Source: Chloroflexota bacterium | GTDB taxonomy: Bacteria > Chloroflexota > Limnocylindria > Limnocylindrales > CSP1-4 | Direction of reading: 5' to 3' | DNA length: 64,000 nucleotides | Assembly (NCBI GenBank): GCA_027364875.1 | Contig: DAHXON010000008.1 | Coordinates: forward strand, 2,014 to 66,013 | In this document: piece by piece, positions 12,072 through 21,765 of the stretch | How positions within the stretch are numbered: the first letter of the stretch is position 1 | Layout: every line of letters starts with the position of its first letter | The notes under the pieces: generated by a model | Seen by the model: only the letters and a program-made list of their open reading frames with translations | Databases searched by the model: none | Told to the model about the DNA's origin: nothing | Program-made: the position numbers and the translations under genes

Positions 12072-13385
12072 ATGACCGCCCCAAACGTCACCTTCACCGA
12101 CGAGCGCCTGGCGAACGGGCTTCGTCTGATCGTCTCCGAGGATCACCTGGCGCCCGTCGTGGCCGTGAACATCTGGTACAACGTCGGGTCCAAGCACGAA
12201 GTCCCCGGCAAGACCGGTTTCGCCCATCTCTTCGAGCACGTGATGTTCCAGGGCTCGCGCCACGTGGGCAAGGCCGAGCACATCGCCCTCGTCCAGGCCG
12301 CCGGTGGAACGGTCAACGGCACGACCTGGCTGGACAGAACCAACTACTTCGAGACGATGCCGAGCCACCAGCTCGAGCTGGCGCTCTGGCTCGAAGCCGA
12401 TCGGATGGGCACGCTGCTCGACGCGCTCAGCCAGGAGAACCTGGACAACCAGCGCGACGTGGTCAAGAACGAGAAGCGATCCTCGTACGACAACCGGCCC
12501 TACGGCGCCTGGTTCCACAAGATCCAGGAGCACGTCTTCCCGGAGAGTCATCCCTACCACCACCCGACGATCGGGTCCATGGACGACCTGGACGCGGCCT
12601 CGCTGGAGGACGTGAGCGAGTTCTTCCGGACCTACTACGTGCCCAACAACGCGGTTCTTTCCGTGGTGGGCGACGTGGATCCGGCCCAGGCCCGCCGCTG
12701 GGTGGAGCGGCTCTTTGGCGAGATCCCGGCAAGGCCTGTGGTTCCGGGCCCGGACGGCACGGCCCTTGAGCCCACCATCGGCGGCGAGACGCGCGAAGTC
12801 GTAGAGGATCGCGTGCCGCTGCCGAGGCTCTACTTCGGCTTCCGGACGCCTCGCTTCGGCGACGCGCGCTTCGACGCGCTCGAAGTCGCCTCGCAGATAC
12901 TCGCCGGCGGGAAGGGCAGCCGGCTGTACCGTCGACTCGTCCGCGAGGAGCGCATCGCCCAGGACGTGGCCTTCTTCACGCTCGGGCTCAAGGATGGCGG
13001 CTCGATCGCCGCGGGGCAGACGACCGTTCGGCCGGGCGTGGACACCGCCGTCCTCGAGACCGCCTACGAGGAGGAGCTCGATCGTCTGGGCCGTGAGCCC
13101 GTGACGGACGACGAGCTGGCCCGCGCCCGCGCGCTCATCGAGACCTACGAGCTCGAGGCGCTCCAGCGGGTCGACGAGCGGGCCGATCGGCTGTCGATGT
13201 ACGCCACGCTGCTCGACGACCCGGGGATGATCAACCGCCAGCTGGGCCGCTACCTGGCCGTGACCGCGGAGGACATCCGAGCCGCGGCGGCCGATTTCCT
13301 CGGGCCCGACAACAGGGCCGTAGTCACCTACGTCCCGGCCGCCCAGGCCGGCGGCGGCTCGCACGACGAGGAGAGCGCGGCATGA
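12072..13385 (+). CDS. M16 (pitrilysin) family zinc peptidase, catalytic subunit
   Basis: GFAHLFEHVMF (HxxEH), NGTTWLDRTNYFE, EADRM, HPYHHPTIG. Confidence 0.93.
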   Translation: MTAPNVTFTDERLANGLRLIVSEDHLAPVVAVNIWYNVGSKHEVPGKTGFAHLFEHVMFQGSRHVGKAEHIALVQAAGGTVNGTTWLDRTNYFETMPSHQLELALWLEADRMGTLLDALSQENLDNQRDVVKNEKRSSYDNRPYGAWFHKIQEHVFPESHPYHHPTIGSMDDLDAASLEDVSEFFRTYYVPNNAVLSVVGDVDPAQARRWVERLFGEIPARPVVPGPDGTALEPTIGGETREVVEDRVPLPRLYFGFRTPRFGDARFDALEVASQILAGGKGSRLYRRLVREERIAQDVAFFTLGLKDGGSIAAGQTTVRPGVDTAVLETAYEEELDRLGREPVTDDELARARALIETYELEALQRVDERADRLSMYATLLDDPGMINRQLGRYLAVTAEDIRAAAADFLGPDNRAVVTYVPAAQAGGGSHDEESAA

Positions 13386-14912
13386 CGCTCGAGGACGTTC
13401 TGTCGGTTCGACCTTCTCCCGGCCAGCCGCGCGACTACAGGTTCCCGGCCTTCGAGCGCATCGTCCTCGATTCCGGCCTCCAGGTTCTGACGGTCAACCT
13501 GCCGGGCCGGCCGCTCGTTTCGGCGAACCTGATCATTCGCCGCGGCGCCGCCGACGAACCGCCGGACATCGGCGGAGTGACGGGCCTGGCCGCTCGGGCC
13601 GCGACCGAGGGCACGGAGCGTTACAAGGGAGTGGAGTTGATCGAGGCCGCCGAACGGCTCGGCGCCACGCTCCACGCCGACGCAAGCTGGGATTCGTTCA
13701 TGGCGTCCGTCGACGTGGCCGCTTCCCGGCTGGGCGCGGCGCTCGAGCTGCTCGACGAGCTCGTGGAACGGCCCACGTTCCCGGAAGCGGACGTCGCCAG
13801 GCTCCGCGACGAGCGGCTCAACGACCTGCTCCAGGTCAAGGCCGATCCCCGGCGGAGGGTCGAGCGGGCCTTCACGAGCGTCATCTACGCGCCGAACTCG
13901 CCGTACTCGCGGCCCGCGGCCGGCGACGAAACCACGGTGCCCGGGCTCGATTCCGACGCGGTCCGCCAGGTCCACCGCATGCTCCTGGATCCGAGTCAGG
14001 CCGCGCTCGTGGTCGGTGGCGACCTCACGGGCCTGGACGTTCCGGCACTGGCGCGGTCCGCGTTCGCCGGACTTGCCGGGAGAGTGGCGGGCGGCGCGGA
14101 GGGATCCGAGCGCGTGGCTCGGCCCGCGCAGGCCGCCCCGGCCGCCTCGACCGCGCCGGCCGTGCCGGCCGCGACCACAGCAGTGGATCGGCCGATCGTC
14201 CGCTTCTATCACCATCCGGGCGCGGTTCAGACCGAGCTCCGGATAGGCCACGTCGGCGTCGCGCGCAAGGTCCCGGACTTCCACGCGATCCAGCTGATGG
14301 CCGCCATCCTCGGCGGCTTGTTCAACTCCCGACTCCAGATGAACCTGCGCGAGGAGAAGGGCTATACGTACGGCATCGGGGCCGGGTTCGAGATGCGGCG
14401 GGCAGCGGGTCCGTTCGCCGTGCGCACGGCAGTCCAGACTGCCGCCACGATCCCGAGCATCTCCGAGTCGCTCATCGAGCTGAACCGGATGCGGGACACG
14501 GACGTCACGGACGCCGAATTGCGGGCCGCGCGGGACTACCTCGGGCGTCTTCCCGCTCCGGTTCGAGACGCCCGAGGCGGTCGTTGCGGCTATCGGAGGT
14601 CTGTACAGCCTGGATCTCCCCGACGACGAGCTCGCGCGCTACCGCGAGCGGATCGAGGCCGTGACGGTCGGCGACATCCGCCGGTCTGCCCGGGAGCGAA
14701 TTCACACGGACAGGATCGCCATAGTGGCCGTCGGCGATGCCGACGTGCTCGGCAAGGATCTCGAGGCGGCCGGTTTCGGCGAGCTCGAGATCATCCGCGA
14801 GGAGCTGCCGGCGGCGGCAACGGCGGGATCGGCGGGCGGCTCGGGCGAAGTCGGCGACGAGGCGGGCGAGGCTGGCGATGAGTCCGGCGAGACCGGCGAG
14901 GCGGCCGAATGA
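13382..14912 (+). pseudogene. M16 peptidase non-catalytic partner subunit, frameshifted near 14543 (pseudogene or assembly error)
   Basis: ILGGLFNSRLQMNLREEKGYTYG motif; at ARDYL the homologous GVFPLRFET...IEAVT continues in another frame to the TGA at 14912, which overlaps the next ATG. Confidence 0.8.
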
Positions 14913-15631
14913 TCGTCGTGGTGGGCCTGCCGGCCTATGTCGACGAGGCCGGAGGCGGCGTTTCCGCAGGTGGCCTGGCTGTAGAGGTGGCGGCGGAAGC
15001 TCGGCGGCGCGGCGCGGTCGTGGAGCTGGCCGGCAAGGTCGGCAGCGATGGCGCCGGGGATGCCGTGGTCGTGGCCCTCGGCCGGCTCGGCATCGGGCAT
15101 GCCGCGCTGCTCCGCGATCCCGCACGCCCGACTCCACTCCTCGTCTCGGACCGGGAAGCCGCAAGCACGGCCGACCTCGCGGAGATGGCCGGCATGGACT
15201 CGGAATCGGCCGTCTCGCACCTCCTGCCTGATGACCCGAACCTCCGGCCGGCCCTCGAGGCGGGCGACGTCGAGATGGCTCTCCGCTATCTCGCAGGCCC
15301 GTCGGTAGTGGTGGTCGCCGATCTGCTCTCTTCGACGGCCCTCGCCGCCGCAGTGGATGGGGCCGCATTCTCGTCGGCGAAGCTGGTGCTCGCCACGGCC
15401 CGCCAGGCGCCCGGGTCGCAACCCACCTCGGCTGCCTCGGAGATGCCCGAGCTGCCGGAGATGCCGGAGCTGCCTGAAGGCGCGACCGTTCTGGAGATGC
15501 CGCCGGACGACGACGGGGCGTTCGCCAGGCTCCTGGGCGCCTACGCCGCCTCGCTCGACGCGGGAACGGATCCGGCCAAGGCCTTCCGCGACGGCGTCCT
15601 GGCATCGGGCTGGGAGCCGAGCACCGAGTGA
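14909..15631 (+). CDS. Degenerate PfkB/ribokinase-like protein
   Basis: N-terminal PfkB-like GG..VA..ARRG..VEL.GKVGSDGAGD; C-terminal signature degenerate (PPDDDGAF); only 240 aa. Confidence 0.65.
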   Translation: MIVVVGLPAYVDEAGGGVSAGGLAVEVAAEARRRGAVVELAGKVGSDGAGDAVVVALGRLGIGHAALLRDPARPTPLLVSDREAASTADLAEMAGMDSESAVSHLLPDDPNLRPALEAGDVEMALRYLAGPSVVVVADLLSSTALAAAVDGAAFSSAKLVLATARQAPGSQPTSAASEMPELPEMPELPEGATVLEMPPDDDGAFARLLGAYAASLDAGTDPAKAFRDGVLASGWEPSTE

Positions 15632-15670
15632 CCGCTCGCAGCCCCGGCCTCTTCCTGTACAGTCGCAAAC

Positions 15671-17005
15671 ATGGATAGAGCCTCGCTCGGATTGTCTGGC
15701 AGCGGCCGGCCGGGTCCCCGCGACGCGCTCACGGCCGGCTGGTCCGGACCATTCGATCGTGACGGGGCGATCGCCGCCGTCCAGCAGGCCGACGCCCTCA
15801 TGGAAGAGAGCGAACCGGAAAAGGCCCTGCCTCTCTATCAGATGGCCTCCGGCTTCTCGGATCGCGACGTGGCCGCCGCGGGTCTCTTCGGCATGGGAAA
15901 CGCCCTCTACAGGCTCGATCGCGAGGTCGAAGCGCGGGAGTCGTGGCAGAAGGCCACGGAGCAGGGCGAGACGCCGGTCACGTACAGGGCCTGGCGCCAG
16001 GTGGCCGCGGCTCTGGTCCGCGAGGGCGACCTCCCGGGCGCGCTCCAGGCCTACCGCCAGTGCGAGCGGCGCGCCCCCCGCGAGGATCGGCCCGAGATCG
16101 CGTCGCGGCTCGGCTGGCTCAACAAGGAAACCGGCAACACGAAAGCCGCGGGCCGCTACTTCGCCCGGAGCCGCGGCGACTCGCTCCCGGCGTTCATGAC
16201 GTACCTCGTCATCGCCGTAACCGTCGTGGTCTCACTCGCGGCAATGAGCGGAGGCCACAACACCCAGTTCGGCTACGTGCCCGGCCAGCTACTGAATCAG
16301 CTCGAGCTGCAGAAGATCGACATCGCCCACGGGGACTGGTACCGGCTTCTGTCCGTCGTTCTGGTCCACGACCCACAGGACATCTTCCATCTGCTCTTCA
16401 ACATGTACGCGCTCTGGTATGCCGGCCAGCTCGTGGAGCGCATGTACGGCTCCTGGGTGACGCTGCTTCTGTACTGCGTGTGCGGCATCGGCGGTTCGAT
16501 CGGGACGTACGTCTTCGGCGACGCTGTGGCAGGCGTCGGGGCTTCGGGTGCGATCTTCGGGCTTTTCGGAGTGATCCTTGTCGCCACCCGATTCCACCAT
16601 TCGATCCTGGATGCCCAGTCCCGCGCCATCGCCTCCCAAATCGGCTTCCTGATCGTGCTCAACCTCGTGCTGGGCTTCTCCGGGTTCTTCAACGTGGACA
16701 ACTTCGCCCACATCGGCGGGCTGGCGACCGGACTGTGGCTGGGCTGGATCTTCCCGCCAAGTCAGGTCGCGACCCTGGGATCGATCTGGCAGTCGCCGCG
16801 CTGGGGCCGAACCGCGGGCGTCACGCTCGGCGCCCGGCTCCTCGGAGTCCTGGCGCTCATCGTGGTGCTGGGCATCGGGTTGATGATCGGCAACGACAAG
16901 TGGGGGAAGTACCAGAACCCCCCGGGCCTCGGGTCGAGCTCCGCCGTGCCGCTCCCGCTGGTCGATTCGGCGAATCCGCCCGGGGTGGACCTGCGGCTCG
17001 GCTGA
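15671..17005 (+). CDS. Rhomboid intramembrane serine protease with N-terminal TPR repeats
   Basis: TPR-like helices, then WYRLLS, HLLFNM, GASG (Ser) and AHIGG (His). Confidence 0.9.
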   Translation: MDRASLGLSGSGRPGPRDALTAGWSGPFDRDGAIAAVQQADALMEESEPEKALPLYQMASGFSDRDVAAAGLFGMGNALYRLDREVEARESWQKATEQGETPVTYRAWRQVAAALVREGDLPGALQAYRQCERRAPREDRPEIASRLGWLNKETGNTKAAGRYFARSRGDSLPAFMTYLVIAVTVVVSLAAMSGGHNTQFGYVPGQLLNQLELQKIDIAHGDWYRLLSVVLVHDPQDIFHLLFNMYALWYAGQLVERMYGSWVTLLLYCVCGIGGSIGTYVFGDAVAGVGASGAIFGLFGVILVATRFHHSILDAQSRAIASQIGFLIVLNLVLGFSGFFNVDNFAHIGGLATGLWLGWIFPPSQVATLGSIWQSPRWGRTAGVTLGARLLGVLALIVVLGIGLMIGNDKWGKYQNPPGLGSSSAVPLPLVDSANPPGVDLRLG

Positions 17006-17060
17006 TCCGGACTCGGCCGCCGGCGCGGCCGCGATATGGCGTCGGCGTTCAGCCGGGCGC

Positions 17061-18173
17061 TCAGCCCAGGTCGTCGCGCCAGCCGAAGGCGTCGAGCACC
17101 CGGTACATGTTCCGCCGGTTCAACCGGGTTCGCTCCAGAGGCCACACCGTTTCGTCGCGCACCAGGGGAAGTTCGAGCGAAAGGGCCCGCCTTGGTGCCG
17201 GCAGGTCGGCCGGCTCGGGCGCCCGAGCTTCTGCCTCGCGAGCACCGGCTGAGTCGGGCTCCGCACCCGTTTCGAAGCCCTCCACGCCGTCCCGCTCTTC
17301 GTCCTCCTCGCCGAAGCCATCGGAGCCGGCCCGGAGGCGGAGCGAGAGCCACACGTCCAGCCACGCGGGCGTGACGAAGTGCTCGTCGAGCGAGCCAAGC
17401 CAGCGCAGGTCGTCGCGGCGGAACGCCAGCCAGGCGCCTTCGAGGGCGGCGACGTCGCGCTGGGCAGTTGCCGCGTCCGTCTCGGTCCCTCCGAGACGGG
17501 CGAGCGAGCCGGGCTGGAAAGGTGCGTCCGCTTCTGTCGTCAGGCCATAGCCGCCCGCGATCGCCACGTCGGGATCCTGGAGGGCCTGTGCCAGCGGCGT
17601 CAGGGCATCGCCGGTCGGCACGGCCGTGCCGTCCGCGAGCAGCACCAGCTCTCCGATCGCACGGCGCAGTCCCACGTTTAGCGCCGCCGCATACCCGAGC
17701 CGCACGGACGTGCGGATGATTTCCGGCTCGCGGCCGGCGATCGGGGAGCGACTCTGGGCACCGTCCGCGAGAGCCTGGACCTGGGCGTCGCTCGGATCGT
17801 TCTCGACCACCACGACGTGGGTTCCGGCCGGGGCATGGGCTCGGAGCGCGGCGAGGAGCCGCGAGACCCGGGCCGGTTCCTCGGATGCGAGGAGGAGGAC
17901 CGTCCAGGCCGCCGTTGCCGGCGCGTCCAGCGCCGAGGGGACGTCCGCCGCGGATCCATATCGCCGCTGGCCGTCTATCTCCACGGTCGGCGGAGCGGCA
18001 GGGTGGACGCTCGAGCGCCTGCCGCGATCCACGATCCGCCAGCCGGCGGCCTCGATGCGGGCCTTCAGCTCGTCGGCGCGGGCCCAGTCGCGGCTCGCCC
18101 GCGCCTCGGCGCGCTCTCGGACGAGTTGGGAGATCTCGGCCGGCGGGCCGGAGAGAGGGGATTGGTCGGTCAC
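17061..18173 (-). CDS. Family-2 glycosyltransferase-like protein fused to a CysRS/YqeB C-terminal-like domain
   Basis: N-terminal LVRERAEARASRDWARADELKARIEAAGWRIVD; GT2 VVVVEND, LGYAAALNVGL, DVAALEG; leaderless TATCCT-N6-GTG. Confidence 0.8.
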   Translation of the reverse strand: MTDQSPLSGPPAEISQLVRERAEARASRDWARADELKARIEAAGWRIVDRGRRSSVHPAAPPTVEIDGQRRYGSAADVPSALDAPATAAWTVLLLASEEPARVSRLLAALRAHAPAGTHVVVVENDPSDAQVQALADGAQSRSPIAGREPEIIRTSVRLGYAAALNVGLRRAIGELVLLADGTAVPTGDALTPLAQALQDPDVAIAGGYGLTTEADAPFQPGSLARLGGTETDAATAQRDVAALEGAWLAFRRDDLRWLGSLDEHFVTPAWLDVWLSLRLRAGSDGFGEEDEERDGVEGFETGAEPDSAGAREAEARAPEPADLPAPRRALSLELPLVRDETVWPLERTRLNRRNMYRVLDAFGWRDDLG

Positions 18174-18322
18174 TCGGGAAGGATAACGGGCCGCGTGAGG
18201 TCGGGCCGGCGGGGTCAGACAGGCGGGTCGGGGCGGCCGGTGGTCGTCGGCGCGCGCCGAGGGTCACCCCGCGCGGTCAGGTCGGCCACTCGCGGCGAGC
18301 CGCCGGCGTGCGGCGCCGGACG

Positions 18323-19732
18323 TCAGGCAGGGGCGGGCCCTTCGGTCGTGGCCGCCGCCACCGGCATGGCCGGGACGATCGGGAGCAGGACCGTCACCCG
18401 GGCGCCGTGAGGCGCGATGTTCTCCGCCCAGGCTTCGCCGCCGTGTGCCCGGGCCATGTCGCGGACGATCGCCAGACCCAGGCCCGAGCCCGCGCCGCTG
18501 CGCGACGGATCGGCCCGGTAGAAGCGTTCGAAGACCTTCTCGCTCGTGCCCGGCGGGAAGCCCGGCCCGTCGTCGGTCACGCTCATCGAGATGCCGGGCG
18601 CGTAGCCGGGCACCGTCAGGTGCGCGGCCCGGAGCCATACCGTCCCGCCGTTGGGAAGCACCGAGAGTGCGTTGTCGACGAGGTTCTGGAGTATCCGCTC
18701 CGCGGCCAGCCGGTCGCCCGTGAACGCCAGCGGATCGGTGCCGGGCGCCCGGCCGGCCACGTCCAGCTTGACGTTCTGAGTGGCGGCCCTCACCTCGAAG
18801 CGAGTCGCGGCCGCGGCGATCAGATCCTCGGCGTCGAGCGGCTCCGGCCGCAGTGCCGCGGGACCGCTGCGCAGCCGCTCCACCACGCCGAGCTCTCCGA
18901 CGAGGCGCTCCAGACGTTGGGCCTCTTCGGCGATGGTCCGGGCGGCGGTTACGGCCGTCGGCCCCGACGCCGTTCCGTCGGCGATGGCCTCCGCGAACCC
19001 GCCGATGCTCGTGAGCGGCGTCCGCAAGTCGTGGCGCAGGTTGGCGAGCATCTGCGCCTCCTCGTGCCGGGTCGAGGCGAGTTCTTGGGCCATCGCGTTG
19101 AACCGCTCGGTAACCACCTGGACCTCGCTCGGGCCTTCGAGCGGAAGTGGTTCGTCCCCGTTGGAGCGCGGCAGATCCCGGGCCGCGTTGGCCAGGCGTC
19201 GCATTGGCGACGTGATCGACCGAGAGAGCAGCCACGCGGCCGGGATGCCGACGATGAGCAGAACCACGATGATGACCAGCAGGGCCCGGCCCAGATCGCC
19301 GACGGCCTGCCGCGTCGACGTGTCGGGCACGGCGAAGACGAAGGTCCAGTTGCGGGTGCTCGTGGGAGCGGGCTCGAAGTAGATGTAGTTGTCGCTCGTC
19401 TTGCCCGCGCCGGTGGCGGCCGGTATCTCCTGGCTGGGCGGATTGCCCACGGCGATCCGGACCGTCCCGCCCGGCCCGCGGACGAGGATGTAGCCGCCGT
19501 CGGCGACGATCGGGGCTCCCAGCTCCTGGACGGTGGCATCCCATTGGCCTGTCGGCTCGAGGTTGACGGCATAGACGACGCTGACCGCCCGGATCCCGAT
19601 GGCCTGCTTGATCGCATCCTCGTGGAGGTTGCGCAGGACGACGAAGAGCGTCGCGGAGACCGTGATGAGCAGCGCGGCAGACAACCCGAGTAGAACCAGG
19701 ACGAGCCTGCCGGTGAGGCTGCGGGGCAGCAT
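18323..19732 (-). CDS. HAMP-domain sensor histidine kinase
   Basis: Two TM helices, HAMP, H-box HDLRTPLTSI, NLVDNA, DDGPG, GSGLGL. Confidence 0.95.
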   Translation of the reverse strand: MLPRSLTGRLVLVLLGLSAALLITVSATLFVVLRNLHEDAIKQAIGIRAVSVVYAVNLEPTGQWDATVQELGAPIVADGGYILVRGPGGTVRIAVGNPPSQEIPAATGAGKTSDNYIYFEPAPTSTRNWTFVFAVPDTSTRQAVGDLGRALLVIIVVLLIVGIPAAWLLSRSITSPMRRLANAARDLPRSNGDEPLPLEGPSEVQVVTERFNAMAQELASTRHEEAQMLANLRHDLRTPLTSIGGFAEAIADGTASGPTAVTAARTIAEEAQRLERLVGELGVVERLRSGPAALRPEPLDAEDLIAAAATRFEVRAATQNVKLDVAGRAPGTDPLAFTGDRLAAERILQNLVDNALSVLPNGGTVWLRAAHLTVPGYAPGISMSVTDDGPGFPPGTSEKVFERFYRADPSRSGAGSGLGLAIVRDMARAHGGEAWAENIAPHGARVTVLLPIVPAMPVAAATTEGPAPA

Positions 19733-19735
19733 CGT

Positions 19736-20452
19736 CTACTCCGTTCCGTTCGCTGAAGCGGTCGCTCCCGCCGCGGATCGGGGTGGGGGAACGAGCCGGT
19801 AGCCGATGCCCCGGACGGTCTCCACCTGCGGACCGTCCTCGCCGAGCTTCTTGCGGACCTCGGCCACGTGCACGTCCACGGTCCGCGTCTCGCCCGGGAA
19901 GTCCGTGCCCCAGACGTCCTCGAGCAGGGCATCGCGGCTCAGGACGACGCCGGGATCGCGCGCGAGGGCGGCAAGGAGGTCGAATTCGCGGGCTCGCAGG
20001 TCGATTCGTCTGTCGCCGATGTACGCCTCGCGCCGCCTCGGATCGATGCGCAGGCTGCCGACCTCGATCGGCCGGCCGCCCTTCGCCGTGGCGCTGGTCC
20101 GCCGCAGGATCGCCTTCACCCGGGCGACCAGAGCGCGTGGATTGAAGGGCTTGGTGACGTAGTCGTCGGCGCCCAGCTCCAGGCCGACTATCGCGTCGAC
20201 GTCCTCGGAGCGGGCCGTCAGCATCAGGATCGGCACGTCGCCGCGCCGGCGCAGCTCGCGACAGACCTCGAAGCCGTCCATCCTGGGCAGCATCAGGTCC
20301 AGGACGACAAGGTCCGGGGCGGTCCGCTCGTATTGCGTCAGGGCCTGTTCTCCGTCCCCGGCGGCGACCACGGCGAAGCCCTCCTTCTCCAGGTACAGGC
20401 GCACGAGCTCCACGATGTTCCGCTCGTCGTCCACCACGAGGATGGTCTTCAT
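19736..20452 (-). CDS. OmpR-family response regulator
   Basis: MKTILVVDD, LDLMLP, GADDYVTKPF, RTVDVHV, ETVRGIGY; leaderless TATCCT-N6-ATG. Confidence 0.95.
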   Translation of the reverse strand: MKTILVVDDERNIVELVRLYLEKEGFAVVAAGDGEQALTQYERTAPDLVVLDLMLPRMDGFEVCRELRRRGDVPILMLTARSEDVDAIVGLELGADDYVTKPFNPRALVARVKAILRRTSATAKGGRPIEVGSLRIDPRRREAYIGDRRIDLRAREFDLLAALARDPGVVLSRDALLEDVWGTDFPGETRTVDVHVAEVRKKLGEDGPQVETVRGIGYRLVPPPRSAAGATASANGTE

Positions 20453-20492
20453 TGGCGCAGGATACGATGCCCGTCCCGCGGCTCGTACGCTC

Positions 20493-20511
20493 CGTGTAAG
20501 CGGCGTGTAAG
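20493..20511. promoter_or_regulatory. Direct repeat with 11-bp period, putative OmpR-family binding site
   Basis: CGTGTAAG-cgg-CGTGTAAG between the divergent response regulator and CoxG-like gene. Confidence 0.55.
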
Positions 20512-20599
20512 AGCGATGCGTCCACGGCCGGCCCGGGCAACCGCTACGATGCTCGGCGATCCCGTTCGACCGGGGCGAAGGGCCCGCGCAGGAGGAACC

Positions 20600-21058
20600 A
20601 TGCATCTGTCCGGCGAAACCGAAATCGCTGCGAGTCGCCAGCGGGTATGGGAGGCGATCAGCGATCCATCCACGGCCGTGGCGAACGACGACAGCGGGCA
20701 GGCACGGGTCGAGAAGATCGACGATCGCCACTATCGGGTCACCGTCACGCCGGCCGGCTCGCCGATCCCGATGAACGTGACCCTGGACCTCGAGCTGACC
20801 GAGCTGTCCGAACCGTCGAGAGTGGCCGCGGCGATCTCGGGCGCGGTGATGGGTGGTCCGATCAACGGAACCGGATACATCGAGCTGTCCGAGCTGGCTC
20901 CGAAGCTGACGCGCGCCGAATGGGAGGCCGATGCCACGCTGGGCGGCCTGCTGGGCGGCTTCGAGCCGATGCTCGCCGGCCCGATCCAGGGCGGCGCCGA
21001 GCAGGGTTTCGAGTCGCTCAAGCTCCGCCTCGAGGCCGAGGAAGCGGCCGCGAGCTAA
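20600..21058 (+). CDS. CoxG/SRPBCC family protein
   Basis: MHLSGETEIAASRQRVWEAISDP; TRAEWEADATLGG; RBS GGAGG. Confidence 0.8.
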   Translation: MHLSGETEIAASRQRVWEAISDPSTAVANDDSGQARVEKIDDRHYRVTVTPAGSPIPMNVTLDLELTELSEPSRVAAAISGAVMGGPINGTGYIELSELAPKLTRAEWEADATLGGLLGGFEPMLAGPIQGGAEQGFESLKLRLEAEEAAAS

Positions 21059-21666
21059 CGCTGCCGGGTGTACAGGCCCGTCAGCTGCGTCTGGCCCAGC
21101 AGTACGGCCTTTACCGCCGTGCGAATCTCCGCGGCAGTCGGAGTACCGCTGACAGTCAACGTCCTGGAGAGGGCGTACAGCGTGAACTGGTAGTGGTGCG
21201 TGCCGCCGGGCGGACACGGGCCGCCCCATCCGGTCCGGCCAAAGTCGTTGCGACCCTGCGGCGGTTGGGCCGTCGCGGAGACGCCTTCGGGCAAACCGGT
21301 CTCGCTGCCGGGGATGTTGTAGACGACCCAATGGATGAACCCGCGGGCGTCCGGATCGTCGACGATCAGGGCGAACGCCGCTGTCCCGGCCGGAGCGCCT
21401 TGCCAGCTGAGGGCAGGTGAGACGTCGCGCCCGTCGCACGAGTGTTTGACGGGAATTGCGCCGCCGTCGGCGAAACTCGGACTTGTGAGCACGAATCCGG
21501 CCATGTCTGTCTCCCCGGGCAATGCAGCGGAATCCGAAGCGGCCCTCGCGGGCGGCGCAACCGGCGTACCGGCCGGCACCTGAGCCCCCGAACAGCCGGA
21601 ACACAGCAAAGCAGCCGCCAGTGCTCCGGCGAGCCGCAAGTCGACCAATCGCCGACCGCCGTTCAC
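21055..21666 (-). CDS. YbhB/YbcL (PEBP) family protein, probable lipoprotein
   Basis: LTSPSFADGGAIP, DDPDA, HWV, GPCPP..HHYQFTLYAL; signal peptide ending in Cys. Confidence 0.9.
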   Translation of the reverse strand: MNGGRRLVDLRLAGALAAALLCSGCSGAQVPAGTPVAPPARAASDSAALPGETDMAGFVLTSPSFADGGAIPVKHSCDGRDVSPALSWQGAPAGTAAFALIVDDPDARGFIHWVVYNIPGSETGLPEGVSATAQPPQGRNDFGRTGWGGPCPPGGTHHYQFTLYALSRTLTVSGTPTAAEIRTAVKAVLLGQTQLTGLYTRQR

Positions 21667-21765
21667 CCGCGCAGCATCGGCCCGGACCCGGAACAGGTCA
21701 AGCCGCCTGACGGCCTGACTCGGTTCCGCCCCGGACTCGATTGGCCCCGTCGGGCTCTCGCCCGG

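Noticed and set aside
14535-14560. Programmed ribosomal frameshift in the M16 gene
   Set aside because: No slippery sequence; a simple 2-nt loss restores the expected protein
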